Shown here: positions 39,448 through 52,557 of the stretch, in pieces
Layout of the letters: every line of letters starts with the position of its first letter
Position numbering within the stretch: position 1 is the stretch's first letter
Assembly (NCBI GenBank): GCA_977016875.1
Contig: CDRNST010000011.1
Coordinates: 1,798,001-1,862,000 of the forward strand
DNA length: 64,000 bases
From: Pavona decussata
Lineage: Eukaryota
Direction: 5' to 3'
Notes under the pieces: model-generated
Database searches by the model: none
What the model was told of the DNA's origin: nothing
Seen by the model: the letters and a program-made list of their open reading frames with translations, nothing else
Position numbers and translations under genes: made by a program

Positions 39448-39448
39448 G

Positions 39449-39483
<35 letters not shown>
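39448..39483. repeat. (GTT)n microsatellite
   Basis: Direct reading of the sequence. Confidence 0.95.
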
Positions 39484-40439
39484 GAACTGAAAAAAAAATT
39501 AACCGCACCATAAAATCCTTTTAAATGCTTCAATTTATCACGGCACCAAACTGGTAGCCATAAGAAGCCAAATGTTTAGCTTGTAGTTTATTATCTGTCC
39601 ATCTATGTTTTGTTGTCTTAAAAAATGACAGACCAATTGGTCTTGTTCTAAAAATGTGCAGAAAACATCAACAGTGGTAGAATCCTTTGCCAAAGACCAT
39701 GGGGGGTGGGGGAGGGACGCTTCCCATAATGGACTACCCGGTAAGCCTCCGTCCCAAAGGGGTACTTTTTCGGACTGGAGGTAGATACAAGGTTAGCGAT
39801 TCCACGAACCGAAGTAGACAAAAATGGTAGAGAAAACTGTCATTTACGTGGTGAAGAGGGCTTTTCAAAATATCTCGCACAGACCCAAGAAAAAAAAATG
39901 CAGCGTTTCACTGTGAAAGGGTTTCAATTTTTTGGAAGGTATTTCAAAGGGCTACCTTTTCTGTCAAAAATGGAACATAAAAGGGTAAGGGTTTGGACCT
40001 CGGGGCGGAGCCTCCCCGTACAAAACTTCGTTGAGCGCCCCACCAGGGGCCAAAGACAAAGCCGTGTCGTATGACTAAGAACGCCCACAGCAACTTTAAT
40101 CTATACGAAGGCCCCGTGTAAAGGTCAACCTTCCATTGCATTCTGTCAGTGTCCTCGCGGTCCTTGACTGTGTGCCAAACCATGACAGATGAAGGCTGTA
40201 GACTAAAAGACCACATTTAACACGAGATCGTTTGTAAATGTACTCTAGAGGATATTTAAGTCTTCGGAAGTCTTGTCTCATAAGTTATCAAGAACCATGG
40301 ATAGGAAAACCTTGCCGTCGCCACAGAGAAATCCCATATATCGTGCGATAGAGAGGTACAAAAGCCCTGGCAAAAGATAAGAATGAACACAGGGGATTGA
40401 AAAGACATAAAAAAGTAAACTGGATGACAAACAAAGTTG

Positions 40440-40892
40440 AAAAGGAAAACGTAAGGCGCAGCAGGAAAATACAGGAAAAGAGAAAAAAAGAAAGGAGAAG
40501 GGAAGAGAAGGGAGGAGATGAGAGAAGAGAAGAAGAGATGAGAGGACAGGGAAAAGAGGGAGAATGGGGAAGGGAGCGGAGGGGAGAGGGAAAAGGCAGG
40601 GTACAGAAAAGTAGGACAGAGAGGATGAGAGCAGAGTAGAATAAAAGAGAAGAGGTGTAGGAGATGAGAGAAAGGGAGAACGGCAGGGTAAAGGACGACA
40701 GAGAGGAGCAGAAGAGAGGAGAGGAGAGGAGAGGCTCTTCATTTTGTGAACTGGCGAGTGCGGAGTCCGCAAAAGATTCTGTGACACCTAAGATGAGGAG
40801 AACAGAGGAGGGGAGAGAAGAGAAAAGGAAAGGTGAGTAGAACAGCCGAGCAGAGAACAGCAGAGGAGAGATGGCGAGAGTAGAGGAGAGAA
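40440..40892. repeat. GA-rich polypurine low-complexity tract
   Basis: Degenerate agagg/agaag pentamers; plus strand almost entirely purine. Confidence 0.85.
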
Positions 40893-43691
40893 ATTTTTGT
40901 ATAAAATTATATTTTCTCACGTGTCTGAAGGGTCCTGCTTCTCCAAGAGTGGCAGTTCCTTTACGTGCAACTGAAAACAGAGCACCTGAGCTTCATAATG
41001 GAGTTGAATGAGCTCGCTAAGTTCCTAGGAGAAACAGCAACAACAAACTCAAACAATTACTATTAATGGTAACTACAGTTAAAACAATGAGTATGAGGGT
41101 CTAAAGAAAACCATAGTTAATAAAAGGCAATGGTTATGAAGTCTGACAAATTTCTTTGTTATATGTTTTTGTTAGCATTTTTGGCCTTGACAGTGCACTG
41201 ACGACAATAGATTTTGAAATGTATTGGAGCAATTGACCAATAGAAAAGTTCGTGTTAAGATATTCAACTGTAGTACGACCATTAAAACAAAGGATTGTGC
41301 ACTGCCGTGGCCCTTCCAACATAAATTGCAGCACCATTGTTTTCATGACAAAGTTTCATAACCAGTCCCTCAATTAACTATGAGAAAACGGAACGCTTGA
41401 CCGATTTTCGGCTACGACTCTAGTTGACTGAAAATTTTTATACTCTTTGTGCTTTTTCCTTGTACTTAACTCTCTTTCTATGATCACCTTCACATACAAA
41501 CACTACAAGTGTAATTTTTGAAAAACCAATGCAAATTCAACGCATTTTGAAATTGTACTGACAACAATTGAAATTGGCCAAGAAAAGACCCCCCCCCCCC
41601 CCCCAGTCCCTGTTTTCACCTATCCCCTTGTTTGGAGGAAGGCCTCTGTAGAGCTCCCACCCACATCGGTCCTCCCGCGTAAGAGAGCCCTTTATTGAAT
41701 TCTGTGTGTTGAACAAGGCATAGCCTCGTTTGTTACACCATCAGAATAACTGAATTTATAGCGAAAAGCAATTAAATCCAATCTCGGGGACTTCCAGAAT
41801 TCTTTTACTCAAGGCGAAGATTGAAGTGCTTTTCAGGCAGGGGCTTAAACACTGGGTTGAAGAAACTTTTTCCTGTGCAAAGTGTGAGCGATGCGACCCG
41901 ATGGAATTATTGGGCCGGGTCTAATTCGCATGCGCATATTTCGTGTATTTCTTTCGTCGCGAGAAATATCGACGACTTCAACAAAAGAGTTAGGCTTACA
42001 CTGCGAACGTCGACAGATTTCCGGCAGTTGTTTCTTTTGTTGTTTTTCACCGCAGAAAAAGTTTTGACCATTTATGATATTTTAAAAAATAGCTTTGTAT
42101 TTCCTCTTTTCTATTGACATTCACAGCGTGATAAAGGCTTTGCGTTTATGAAGAACAAAGCATGATGATGCCAGAAACCAATCACAGCAAATTAAAGGAA
42201 CCGCTATCATTTCCTGGCGTGTTACCTCCAAAAAGTCAAATACGTTTCTTGTACGAGCCTGCCAGGCTGGAAAAACAAACTTGACATTTTTTCCAGCTAG
42301 AACCAGCGTTTTCATAAAAATATCCAGCTAGCCATTGATGTTCATGATCTCTTCTTCAATGAGGTCATCCAGTAAGGGGCCATATCAATCGTTTAAAATT
42401 TTCAAAAGGATTTTTAAGAATGTTTATAAAGAAGTTAAAAGGGAGGGGAAAAATCAATGAAATTGGAGGAAATGAAGAAAAGTTAAGATTTTAAGGTGAT
42501 TGAATTTTTAAAATTGAGGTTAATCATAATAGATGGACACCAAAACAGTCTGCTGACAACTAGAAGTGTTCTCTATTTTATTCAAGCTTTCTAAGTCACA
42601 CGCCAATGAAAACTTGATGACAAAAAACATTTCACCTTGCGTAGGCTAAATAAACTTTTTTTTCGTCCTGGCTCAACGGAGTACACAATCATACCTTTCG
42701 TTTTCTACTAACCTTGAGGGAACAGTAAGTGAAATCCGTTTCACCATACATCCGTCTGATATCCGGGCCTTCAACGATCCAGCTTTTTCGATTTCTTCAG
42801 GAAACCAACTGGATAGAAGCACACAGCCTTCCTTGCAAATGGCATCCTCCTGACCACTCAGGGAATCCCGAGGGTTTTCCTAATCAAACGAACTACCGGT
42901 TCCGCAAGGACAGACTTTCGAAAGTTTTTCCTCCGTTATGGGAAATAAAAACAGGAATGTTATTCAAGGATCAATATTTGCATATAAACACGCATCCCCA
43001 CAATCTTGGCGACTATAGAGGTCGTTTTTAAATCAAAAACTCGCCCCAGAGATACTTTTTGCAATAATTGTGACAATAAGGAAGTGAAGATTTTCAAGCC
43101 TATTATAGTTTAGGTTTGCATAATTTCCTTCCTGTAAACACCGCATCACACTATTTTTAGCGGCTGTGAGACAACTAGCTGATCGAAGTTAGTATTCCTT
43201 AATTACAGTACTGTAAAGCCGTCAAAATTTCTTTATTTTGCGACTGATACAAACTGTAGGTTACTTTGTAAGTTTGTGAGTGCTTCATTTTAAGAGATTT
43301 TATTCTTTCTTCGCAAACAAAGCACATGATAAGTTTGGCCAGCTTCTGCGTGCGAAAAAAAAAACGAGCTGTTTTCGCAGTTGAATTATGATCGCGACGC
43401 AGGAAATCGAAAAGAAAAGCAGTTGTTGCAGACTATTTATATAATACTCATATACCAAAATAAACGAATTTCTCGCTGATCATAAAAATGAATCAATTTT
43501 CCCGACCCTCAAACTTACTATGCCGACGCACAAACCAAACAGTAAAACACTGAAACTGATAAAAAACGACCAAGTTTGGCCAAATTGATAGGAAAAAAAA
43601 TTCAAAATATCATCAGCTCATATAAGGAATTTAAATATATCATTTGATGATATATTTAGATCAAAAATGCGTCTGCTTCCTCGGTAACCGC

Positions 43692-44031
43692 TAAGAGTGG
43701 ACCGATACCAGGTTTTCAAATCGATCCGATTTACTGTTTCTTCGATGTCAATATCGATACGATATCGTGACGTAAACATCCAAGCCTTTTCTGTGATGTC
43801 CAGTGCCCGAACACGTAAGCAAAAGTTACAGCGCTGTGATACTTCTCTAATGCACAGTGAAAAAATATTGGTTTTCTGCGCTAACAGTCTTCAATATTCA
43901 AGTGAGCAGTCACATGAGCAGTATCGAAACGAATCGTAACGGCCGATGTCTCTAGCAGGTATATGATATCGCTAGAGGAACTCCAGTATCGATATTAGCG
44001 AGCGTCTGGTATCAATACCAATCCACACTTA
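43692..44031. mobile_element. hAT-like MITE with 8-bp TSD
   Basis: gtaaccgc|taagagtgga ... tccacactta|gtgaccgc; internal gatacc/tatcgata repeats. Confidence 0.6.
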
Positions 44032-44132
44032 GTGACCGCGCTCATTAGTATGCGTCTGGTGGAATGTTCGAGTTACATCTGCCCGCTGCATAATTACAAC
44101 AACGACGACAGAGGGAAGAATCCGCATTGAAA

Positions 44133-45902
44133 ATGGCAGAAAATCTGTTCACAGAACCAACTACAAGCCCTTATTGCTGGGAAATAATGCAAACCCTCGA
44201 TAAATCCCGAAAAGAAAAAGCATTGTCTGACGTAACATTGGACGTGGAAGGTCGAACGTTCGCGGCTCATCGATGTATCTTGGCGGCGAGCAGCAAGTTT
44301 TTTGATGGCTTGTTTACAAATGACATGGCAGAGAAATCGGCGCCAGTGGTGAAGCTCGAAGGGCTTCCAGCTTCAGTTATGGATAAGCTTTTATCTTACC
44401 TTTATACTGGTGAGATTCAAGTCAGCGAAGCAAACGCTGAAAACCTCATCGCTGCTGCCAATTATTTGCTTCTTCCTCGACTCAAAAACATCGCTTGTAA
44501 GTTTCTTGAACAACACATGTCCCCGTCAAATTGTATTTTCAGCTACCTATTCGCCGAGAGGTACGAATGCAAAGATTTGCAAAGTTACGCTGGGCAATTA
44601 ATCAAGCAGAACTTCGGAACAGTAGGAAAGTCGAAGGAATTTTTGCTTCTCTCGTTCGATCACGTAAAGGATTTAATTTCAAGAGATGATATTGTGATCA
44701 CCGCCGAAGAAGACATCTTTGAAGTAATTCTGAAGTGGATCGACGAAAATCGAGAGGAAAGGGAACATTATTTTGCTGAGCTATTTCGTCACGTTCGACT
44801 GAACACCATCTCCCAACACTATTTGTACACAAAGCTGGCATGTAATGACCTAGTACAGGGGAATGAAGAGTGCAGGCAAATACTGATGGACGAAATGCGT
44901 TGGCGTGCCTTGTTTGCAGGGCAGGAAATCTCACCACAGAGGTCCAGAGCCTGCCTCCAGAAACACGAAGATGCCGTCATTACATGTGGGGGGCTGTCTC
45001 CTGATGGACTCATTCGCAATCTTGCCCTCTGTTATGTACCAGCTCAGAAAACGTGGTACCAGTTGGCACCCATGCTTTCCAGGCGTTGTCGCCATGGTTT
45101 TGCTGCCTGTCAGGGATTTGTTTATGCCATTGGTGGCAAAGGAGAGGATTCCTTTCATTCCAGTGTTGAGCGATATGACCCTTGCACTAACACGTGGAAC
45201 TATGTGGCACCCTTAACAAAGAAAGTCAAACTGATTGGAACAGCCACCTTACAGGGGTTGCTCTACATTGTGGGTGGTATTGAATTTACCACTGAGCAGG
45301 GGCGAAGACGCTGCGACACAGTACAGAGGTATGACCCCGCAACAAATTCTTGGACTCTGGCAGCTTCACTCAGCAGTCGTCGCTCTTCTGTTTGTCTTGT
45401 AGCTGACGCACATTATTTGTACTCCATTGGTGGGCTTGGTGATGATGATTTCTTATCATGTAATGAACGTTATGACCCCAAGTTAAACATCTGGACAAAG
45501 ATGGCTCCAATGACTGAGAAACGTGGATGTGCTTGTGGAGTGTGTCTCAGCAAGAAGATATACATATTTGGAGGTACTGTTGATGCATTTTCCCGGCATG
45601 CCAGTGTCAGTGGTGAGGTTTATGACATTACCTTGAATGAGTGGCATGCAATTGCATCTATGCATGTTCCTAGATTCCATGCAAGTGCAGTCCTTCTGCG
45701 CGATCAGATATTTGTGTTTGGTGGCATTGGCAGTGAGAGTGTTGACAACACCAATTCTCGAGTGGTGGAGTGTTATGACGTGCAAACAAACCAGTGGGTG
45801 GCAGCTCATTCCATGCCTTACGAGGAGACTTACTTTAGAGGGTGTTCAGTAAACATGTTCAAAGGATTACTTCAGTCATTAAACAAAGTTCCATTAAATT
45901 AG
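44133..45902 (+). CDS. Kelch-like protein (BTB-BACK-6x Kelch), probable Cullin-3 adaptor, intronless CDS
   Basis: SDVTLDVEGRTFAAHRCILAASSKFF (BTB), AEEDIFEVILKWI (BACK), repeated GG...VERYDP...W Kelch motifs; first ATG at 44133. Confidence 0.95.
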   Translation: MAENLFTEPTTSPYCWEIMQTLDKSRKEKALSDVTLDVEGRTFAAHRCILAASSKFFDGLFTNDMAEKSAPVVKLEGLPASVMDKLLSYLYTGEIQVSEANAENLIAAANYLLLPRLKNIACKFLEQHMSPSNCIFSYLFAERYECKDLQSYAGQLIKQNFGTVGKSKEFLLLSFDHVKDLISRDDIVITAEEDIFEVILKWIDENREEREHYFAELFRHVRLNTISQHYLYTKLACNDLVQGNEECRQILMDEMRWRALFAGQEISPQRSRACLQKHEDAVITCGGLSPDGLIRNLALCYVPAQKTWYQLAPMLSRRCRHGFAACQGFVYAIGGKGEDSFHSSVERYDPCTNTWNYVAPLTKKVKLIGTATLQGLLYIVGGIEFTTEQGRRRCDTVQRYDPATNSWTLAASLSSRRSSVCLVADAHYLYSIGGLGDDDFLSCNERYDPKLNIWTKMAPMTEKRGCACGVCLSKKIYIFGGTVDAFSRHASVSGEVYDITLNEWHAIASMHVPRFHASAVLLRDQIFVFGGIGSESVDNTNSRVVECYDVQTNQWVAAHSMPYEETYFRGCSVNMFKGLLQSLNKVPLN

Positions 45903-46894
45903 CGATGGAGCAGTTGTAGCATTGTATGCTGCTCAGACAGTCTCCAGGGAGAAGCTTGAAATAACATGCATGTACATGTATTGTAGACTCCACTAAACCA
46001 AGCTGAACATAGCTATGAAAATGTTAATACAGAGACAACCCTTGATTTTGACAAAAAAAAATTGCTTTCATGGTAAGGCCTTTCACTTACAAGTGTTAGA
46101 ATGGATGATTGCTTTTACACATGAGCTCATCAGTATCAAACTCATATCTCAGTGTTGTAAAAAAATTATGTATTTCATTCCTAAGGGGTGACACCTCTCC
46201 AAAGGCCTGTTTACTACTTTTGTATTATTTTTGTCACACCTTTTTAGTGACAATTTTGTGGCACTTTGAAGTCGTCTGTTTAAACGTAGATAAGACTAAA
46301 ACAACCTTGCTCCCAGGATCTTCTTGATGGTGAAGTCCACGAGAGAATGATCAAATTTTTAAATTGTGACTTTGCATGATGGGTTTTTGTAGGGACCAAG
46401 GAACTAACATGGGTTTGGGATTTGGTCTCTCATCTCAGCATTTAGTATTTATTATTTTGTTTCAGCTATGGGGAATAATAATTTATTTATAGTTTTATTT
46501 TTTAAATTTATAAACCTGGGAGGTTTTCTTTCAAGTTCAAATATGATTTATTTCATCCTGGAGGGGTTAAGATTAATTTATCCACTTAATTACTGCTTTT
46601 ATTTTTGTACTATTTTTTTTAATACTCTTTTCCCTGAATCACAAATATAACACGAATAAAGTTGGAAGAGTTAGGAAGTAGTTCTTACAATGCATTTCTA
46701 AATATTAACTGTGTTCCATCTAAATTAAAACTATTGGTAAGGCAGTGTTACATATCAACAAACCAGCTTGGATTACAATTAATTAAGAAGTCTGCCTCTA
46801 ATTTAACCATTGCCACTATAGCAATTTATTACGTTTTTTCTGTTGTTATGAGCTATTGTTTTTGGCGGCATTTTCTAACATACAAAAGCGTGAC

Positions 46895-49800
46895 CTAAGG
46901 TAAAATTAAAATGGGGGGATTTATAGTTCGCGTGACAGAGTCGCCTAAAATAGCGTTACTATAAATTGACAAGCAACTGTTCGCATGATTAATATTCTGA
47001 ATATTCCTCAATGGGCTACATGCTACAAAGCGGTCGTAGTCGACAGCAGAAACTGTGAATTCTTCTGCGGCAAAAGTCTGTAGCTTTAAAACTTCGGGCT
47101 TGAGCGGCCATTCATCCATGCTGTAGGGAAAAAAATTAAAACCCTTAGAAAAACACCCATTTGTTGTCAGGCTGGAGCAAGATCACTGATGCGAGTCTTG
47201 GCAACTTCTCGGACACAAAAGTAAAGCCTTTCAAAACTGATTTGTGCTGAGATTTCGCGGGCGAGGTTTTAGAGTCCACTAAGTAGGTTTTTCTACTCTT
47301 AGTTATTCGCTCCCTAAAAATAAATTCGTCTAACGAAGCCATATTCCAACTGGATAAAAATCTTAAAGTACACACGACTATTTCAGTAAATGAGTACCCT
47401 GGCAATCGGCTTCGCTTCTGGTGGGAAAAAATAATAAAACAAGGGGAGAACCTGAACAGAAGCCAAAATAAAACGGGGATTGAGATGTTACTCGCAGTCA
47501 GAGGAGTATGCTGTGTCAAGATGAGCAGTAAGACTCAAAACCTTTGTAACTTTAACGTAAACACAAACGACTCGAAACAAACAAGTGTACCGCAGTAACA
47601 AAAAGCCGGACTGATTAAGTAATTTCCATCCTTAGCTGAGCAAAATTTAAAGCCGTTAGAAAAGGTCTTGCTGCCGCTGTATGCGGGGTATATAAGAAGC
47701 ACTCACCTTTTCAAGAAGATCGTTCGTCGTGTTCACGGGGAAATTTCCGGAACCCAGTCACTACATAACCCTGTCTTCTTCGTTTTTCTCTTTCTTCAGC
47801 TTCCCACAACTTTAAACTCAACACTGCGATTATTCCACCGAATACAAAAAATACTAAGCTCCCCAAGAGTTCGTCCGATGGAAACATATCTTTTCCGGTG
47901 AAGTAAAGCCAAATGTACTTATTGATAGAGCGCAATGTTGGTGTGATACAAGCGACTTCTCTCAGTTGTTGCGAAGTAGGGTATGAAAGGAGTATTTCGC
48001 GCGCGAGAAATACACTATCAAATCGGGGGGGGGGGGGGGGGGGAGTACTCCTCTTATGTGGGACGTCCGATGTTTTCTGTAGCCGTTTTAATTTTGGAAT
48101 GAAAATGTTTTTTTTTTTTTTTTTTTTCAGTCAACGATTTTGGCCTGTCTGTTAGTTAGAAAATGGGTATAGATTGCCCAGGTCTGAAAGTGAGTATGAA
48201 TTTTTCAAGGCCAGGTCTAAGAAAAGGAATCAGGCACCATATCTCACCAAAAAGTTTGAGTATTTCCCCCTCCCCCCCCTCCACATCTTACATCCACGCA
48301 ATTTCCGGATTACTGTAATAGTGTTTACATGCAGGTACGCTTCCCAAGCTGACATTGGAAACAAAACTGGTTTGACTGGTTTCAGTAGTTCTAATTGTTC
48401 TATAAGAACACAAAAGGGAAGACGTCAATTCAAATAACTGATACTAAGAGCAAGATTGCAACCGAAGAACCATCCATGGCTGTTACGATTCTCTGGTGAT
48501 GATAGCTCTGCTGCTATCACATGCGATTTCAATACTACAGGATGATCTTAATGGAAGTGGTATAAAACTGATGGGTTCAATATCAACGGCTTACTACATG
48601 AATATACAGCGATTTTGCGGAAATCGAACGCAATCGAACTATCTCACAATTTTTTTGGTTCGATTGTGTTCGATTGCCGAACTCAATCGAACCCAATCGT
48701 TCGATTAGGTTCGATTGAGTTCAATTACCGAACAGTTCGAGTAGTTGTATTATTGTATATCATATATTCATCATTGCCTGTGAGACAACGGCAATATCAG
48801 GTAGAGAAGCGACAACGTCTTACCCATCGTCGATACAAACTTTAAACTTTGTCAGAACTAGAAATGGAATCAAAATTTCCTCTGGTTTTCTTCCATCATC
48901 TGTTTCTTGGCGGTTGTGTCTATTGATATGCGTCTGTCCGCGGTGTCGTGAAAAACCTCCGTAGCCTGAAGTACAAGCTAAATACACTCTCATCTCGAAG
49001 TTTAGAAATGTTAAAATTGTCTTTCTCAAATAAACGTTAGTGAGGGATATATTGTTAACACGAATATTTATTAAACACAAAATATCGACGAGTCGTCATT
49101 AAGGATTCGTCCCCAATACACAAGGGAGGTGTTAACATTTTCGGCGTTCGGCGATCTGCCAAACTGGAGTAACAATAATGCTCTAGGTAGAGAAAAATAT
49201 TGACAAAAAAATTTCCATCTTCTTCGGACGCCAGCGTTTTGAAATGCAAATGAGTTGGCTGTCTGCTGGATCAATCAACATGTGCTATCAAAACATCTAT
49301 TGTTTTCAATTCAGTTTTGGTGATGTAAGGGGATTCCCCGGATCAAAGAGTTCATGTCACATATTGATGCAGTGAAGCGTGTGAAATCTACAGTAGCTCC
49401 TGTTGCAGCTTTGTTCGCTGCTCTTGTTTTTCTTCCGCAGATAACTGGATCATACATAGCTTTGCCTGGTGATAAAGAAGCCAAGAACGGCTGTCATACA
49501 GTCGAGGCAGCGCAGCAATCCCGTGAAAAGCCACGTGACATCACATTCGGCGATTGTTGATCAACGCGACTTCAGACTGACAGCATACCAAGACAAAAAA
49601 ACGGCCATAAAATAGCTCGATAGAATAACCTACATAAACAGGAATACAGGCTGAAATATGCTAAGAGGTAATAGGAGTATTGAATGGAATCGTCAAATGG
49701 CAGACATTATAACTGAAAATGTATTCAAAGCTTAAATGGATGTAGAACTTCGCTTTCAACCACTTAAGGAAAAGCACATTATCATCCCACTGTGATGTTT

Positions 49801-51179
49801 TAACACTATAAACGGTAAGCGATCGCTTTACAACTGCTGTTTCCTCACCTGGAAACAAGCTGAAACTCAGTTACCAAGTCTAGAGAGCGAGTCAGTTCAC
49901 TGAAAAACAGTTTGAGCTGAGTCGAGACGGCAGCGAGGAAGTCGGGGTATTGTATCAACTTCTAAACTCACGTTCAGCCCGGTTCTTTCTTGTGGCTCTG
50001 TATTAGTTGACACCATATTGGAACAAACTCTCGCGTCAGCAAGAGTTCGCAGCTCTGGCTGTTTTACCAAAGTAAGTTTTCCTTACTGAAAATTAAAAAC
50101 TCATACCCGTGTCGCGAAAACGCGGTGCGCCTGCTCGTTTCATTTTCCTTCTAGTTAAAAATATTTCTTTCCAGAATAAACCTATCACTGCCATTAACAC
50201 GGTTGATGTAAACACGATATTTTGAATTACTCTCTTATCTTGTATTATACTTGATGAAACGTTCCACCTATATGATCTCAACATATGCTTAGACTTACTA
50301 CAATGGCTACACGTTTACATACATATTTTTAAATATGTAAGCTTGGATTATTAAAATAATCCAAGCTAGCAGCTTACACAGTCCTTAGCTCAATATCTAC
50401 ATTCATTATACTTATATAAAGGGTATAGTCACTCGCATAAGGAGAATAATTATTGATCACAGTCAAAGTGTATTAAAATTAATAATACATTATTTGCGAT
50501 GGATTTGTACCGGTCTAATAACATATATTAGCTTATATTTACACGACTGTTAAAGCAAAGCTATTTGAATATTTGTGACATGACATTAAATGACATTGTC
50601 CTCCGAAAATTATCAAAAATAGTTATCACTTTAGTTAAAGCAGTGCTTTTTTTTTTCACACAGTCGCAGTCTACAATCTATTACTTCCAGCGGCTTTGTA
50701 TACTGAATAATATAGCTACAGCTAGGCCTTAGTTTTTGAACAGTGTTGGAGTTCAGGCGGTCAAAGCAGTTGTGATAGATATAACAAGGTTTTTGTCAGT
50801 TTTACATGTTTTGAGGTCGTTGTTATCTGAAGATATATATAAAGCCTGCAAAGCTACTGATAACAGTGTACACAATGTCTCAATCCAGCGAACACAGGGC
50901 ACTACAAACTAAACCATCCGATAAAAATAAAGACATAAACATCCTCAGCTGAGTAACAAACTGCCCTACGTTCTTGCTTGAGCTGCACATTTCTTGCACC
51001 TGAAACCAACAGAACAAGACTTGGTTTATCTTTCTCCTGCCTTTGAAATAATGCGACTTACGGGTTCACAGCACATGTATACAGTACGATGTCGTGGTTA
51101 TAAAGGCACGCGCGGAATTCCTTACGTGACCAACCGCGCGTAAAAGAAATTTATTGTTACTAAAACTGTAGGAAGCCAT
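46895..51179 (-). other. Possible divergent or decaying multi-exon gene
   Basis: Short ORF segments bounded by pyrimidine-AG acceptors and GT donors (for example MASYSFSNNKFLLRAVGH then gtaag at ~51125; cttcag...gatgg then gtaag at 48965-48824; ccctacag before MDEWPL); no recognisable domain. Confidence 0.3.
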
Positions 51180-51358
51180 CTTAAGAAGCAGGCTTTTAAA
51201 GCATCGTGGTATTGCAAAACAGAAAAGAAGACAAAGTGATCCAAAACTTAAATTCTCTGTACATTTTGCTGGTGATCGGAAGAAGTGTAGAGCCGTACGG
51301 CGCACCGAAATGAACTCCACGGAACTACAAGCGAGGGAACCACAATTGTGCCCCGAGT

Positions 51359-51392
51359 CAACCTCGTTCCCAAGTCCCTGGGAACGAGGTTG
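51359..51392. mobile_element. 34-bp minimal MITE with perfect 9-bp TSD
   Basis: gccccgagt|caacctcgttccca...tgggaacgaggttg|gccccgagt. Confidence 0.8.
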
Positions 51393-51515
51393 GCCCCGAG
51401 TCGCCTCTTGGCTCAATCGCTTTACTATCCCTAAAAAAAAAAGAAGGGACTGCTCGTGATCTAGAACTATACAAGAGCGGTACTTAAGTACGGCGGTATT
51501 GAGAATACTATCACA

Positions 51516-51960
51516 AGTAGTATGGGTCGAATGGATAGATCAATTTTATTCATGTATTCAAATAGATTCAGGGGTCACCTAAACCGGTTTTAAGCGTTGA
51601 ATGAGTTGACATGACATGTGGTAGATATAGGGGAAGGGTTTAATGAGATGCAAGCCATCCAGGTGGAAGAGGGGTTTAATGAGATGCAAGTGTGGATAGA
51701 AAATGGAGATTGTTGTTTATTAGTCAAGTGTACTGTGTTCTGGTAGTACGTTTCCGCCCAACCAGCCGGGTGGTATAGGAAATATATAGGGAAAGAAACA
51801 ATGGATAAGTTGAGAACCAATGAGAAACCACTCACGTCATGGTCAAACAAGTTGAATCTAGAAAAACCAGACTAAACCAGTTTTGAACACAATTAAGTAT
51901 TCAAATGACCTCCTTAATATCTCAGACTAGACAAACCTGTCAAACCGGTTTTTTTTTTCA
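51516..51960. repeat. Probable terminal inverted repeat region of the Polinton
   Basis: Begins AGTAGTA; non-coding; internal direct repeats gggtttaatgagatgcaag x2 and aaacc(a/g)g motifs; partner end lies outside the window, so the length is a guess. Confidence 0.55.
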
Positions 51961-52086
51961 CTGTTCAAAGTAGCAGCACCCAAAAACGGACACGAGACAA
52001 TATTTTGTATGAACACCATTAATTTTATTGAATAAACATGATCAATTATTACAAACACTTTCCAAAGAGAATGATGGTTCTGAATT

Positions 52087-52557
52087 TTACATGAAATCAG
52101 TTACTTTATCGATTCTGGCAAATTGTCTCTGAAACTTGGGTCTTTGCAGCTGTTTCCCATATGTTGTCGTCATGTCCACCTCAGTTTCTCTTGGTTTGTA
52201 CACCGGAGACTCCCTTTGAGAATATGCGTCCACAAGCATTTCATCACCCCATTGAAAGTGTCTACACATTTCCTTTCTTCTACATGTAAAGTAAGGCCTG
52301 AACGGATTCTTTGCTGATCTTGACACCCTTAACGTGGGCGTGTCCATGTGCTTGCATAGTAGCGGCTTACCACCTTCACATACTTTGTACTCAGGGATCA
52401 CACGGTCGCACACGCATTGTTGATAGCCATGGATACTCTCTTCAGGGCAGAAGAACGGACACTCTTTCCAATTTGAACACCGAATGTAGGCTATACCAGA
52501 GGCGGGTTTGATCACTTCGAGGTCTTGGAGGCAGAGTCCACATTTTGAGTAACTCAT
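52087..52557 (-). CDS. Viral zinc-ribbon plus GRF-type zinc-finger protein
   Basis: CKH...VSRSAKNPFRPYFTC....CRHFQWGDE fits zf-GRF; N-terminal CGLC...CSNWKECPFF. Confidence 0.75.
   Translation of the reverse strand: MSYSKCGLCLQDLEVIKPASGIAYIRCSNWKECPFFCPEESIHGYQQCVCDRVIPEYKVCEGGKPLLCKHMDTPTLRVSRSAKNPFRPYFTCRRKEMCRHFQWGDEMLVDAYSQRESPVYKPRETEVDMTTTYGKQLQRPKFQRQFARIDKVTDFM

Noticed and set aside
40278-40920. Leu/Ser/Phe/Pro-rich and Arg/Glu-rich ORFs
   Set aside because: Produced by the GA low-complexity tract
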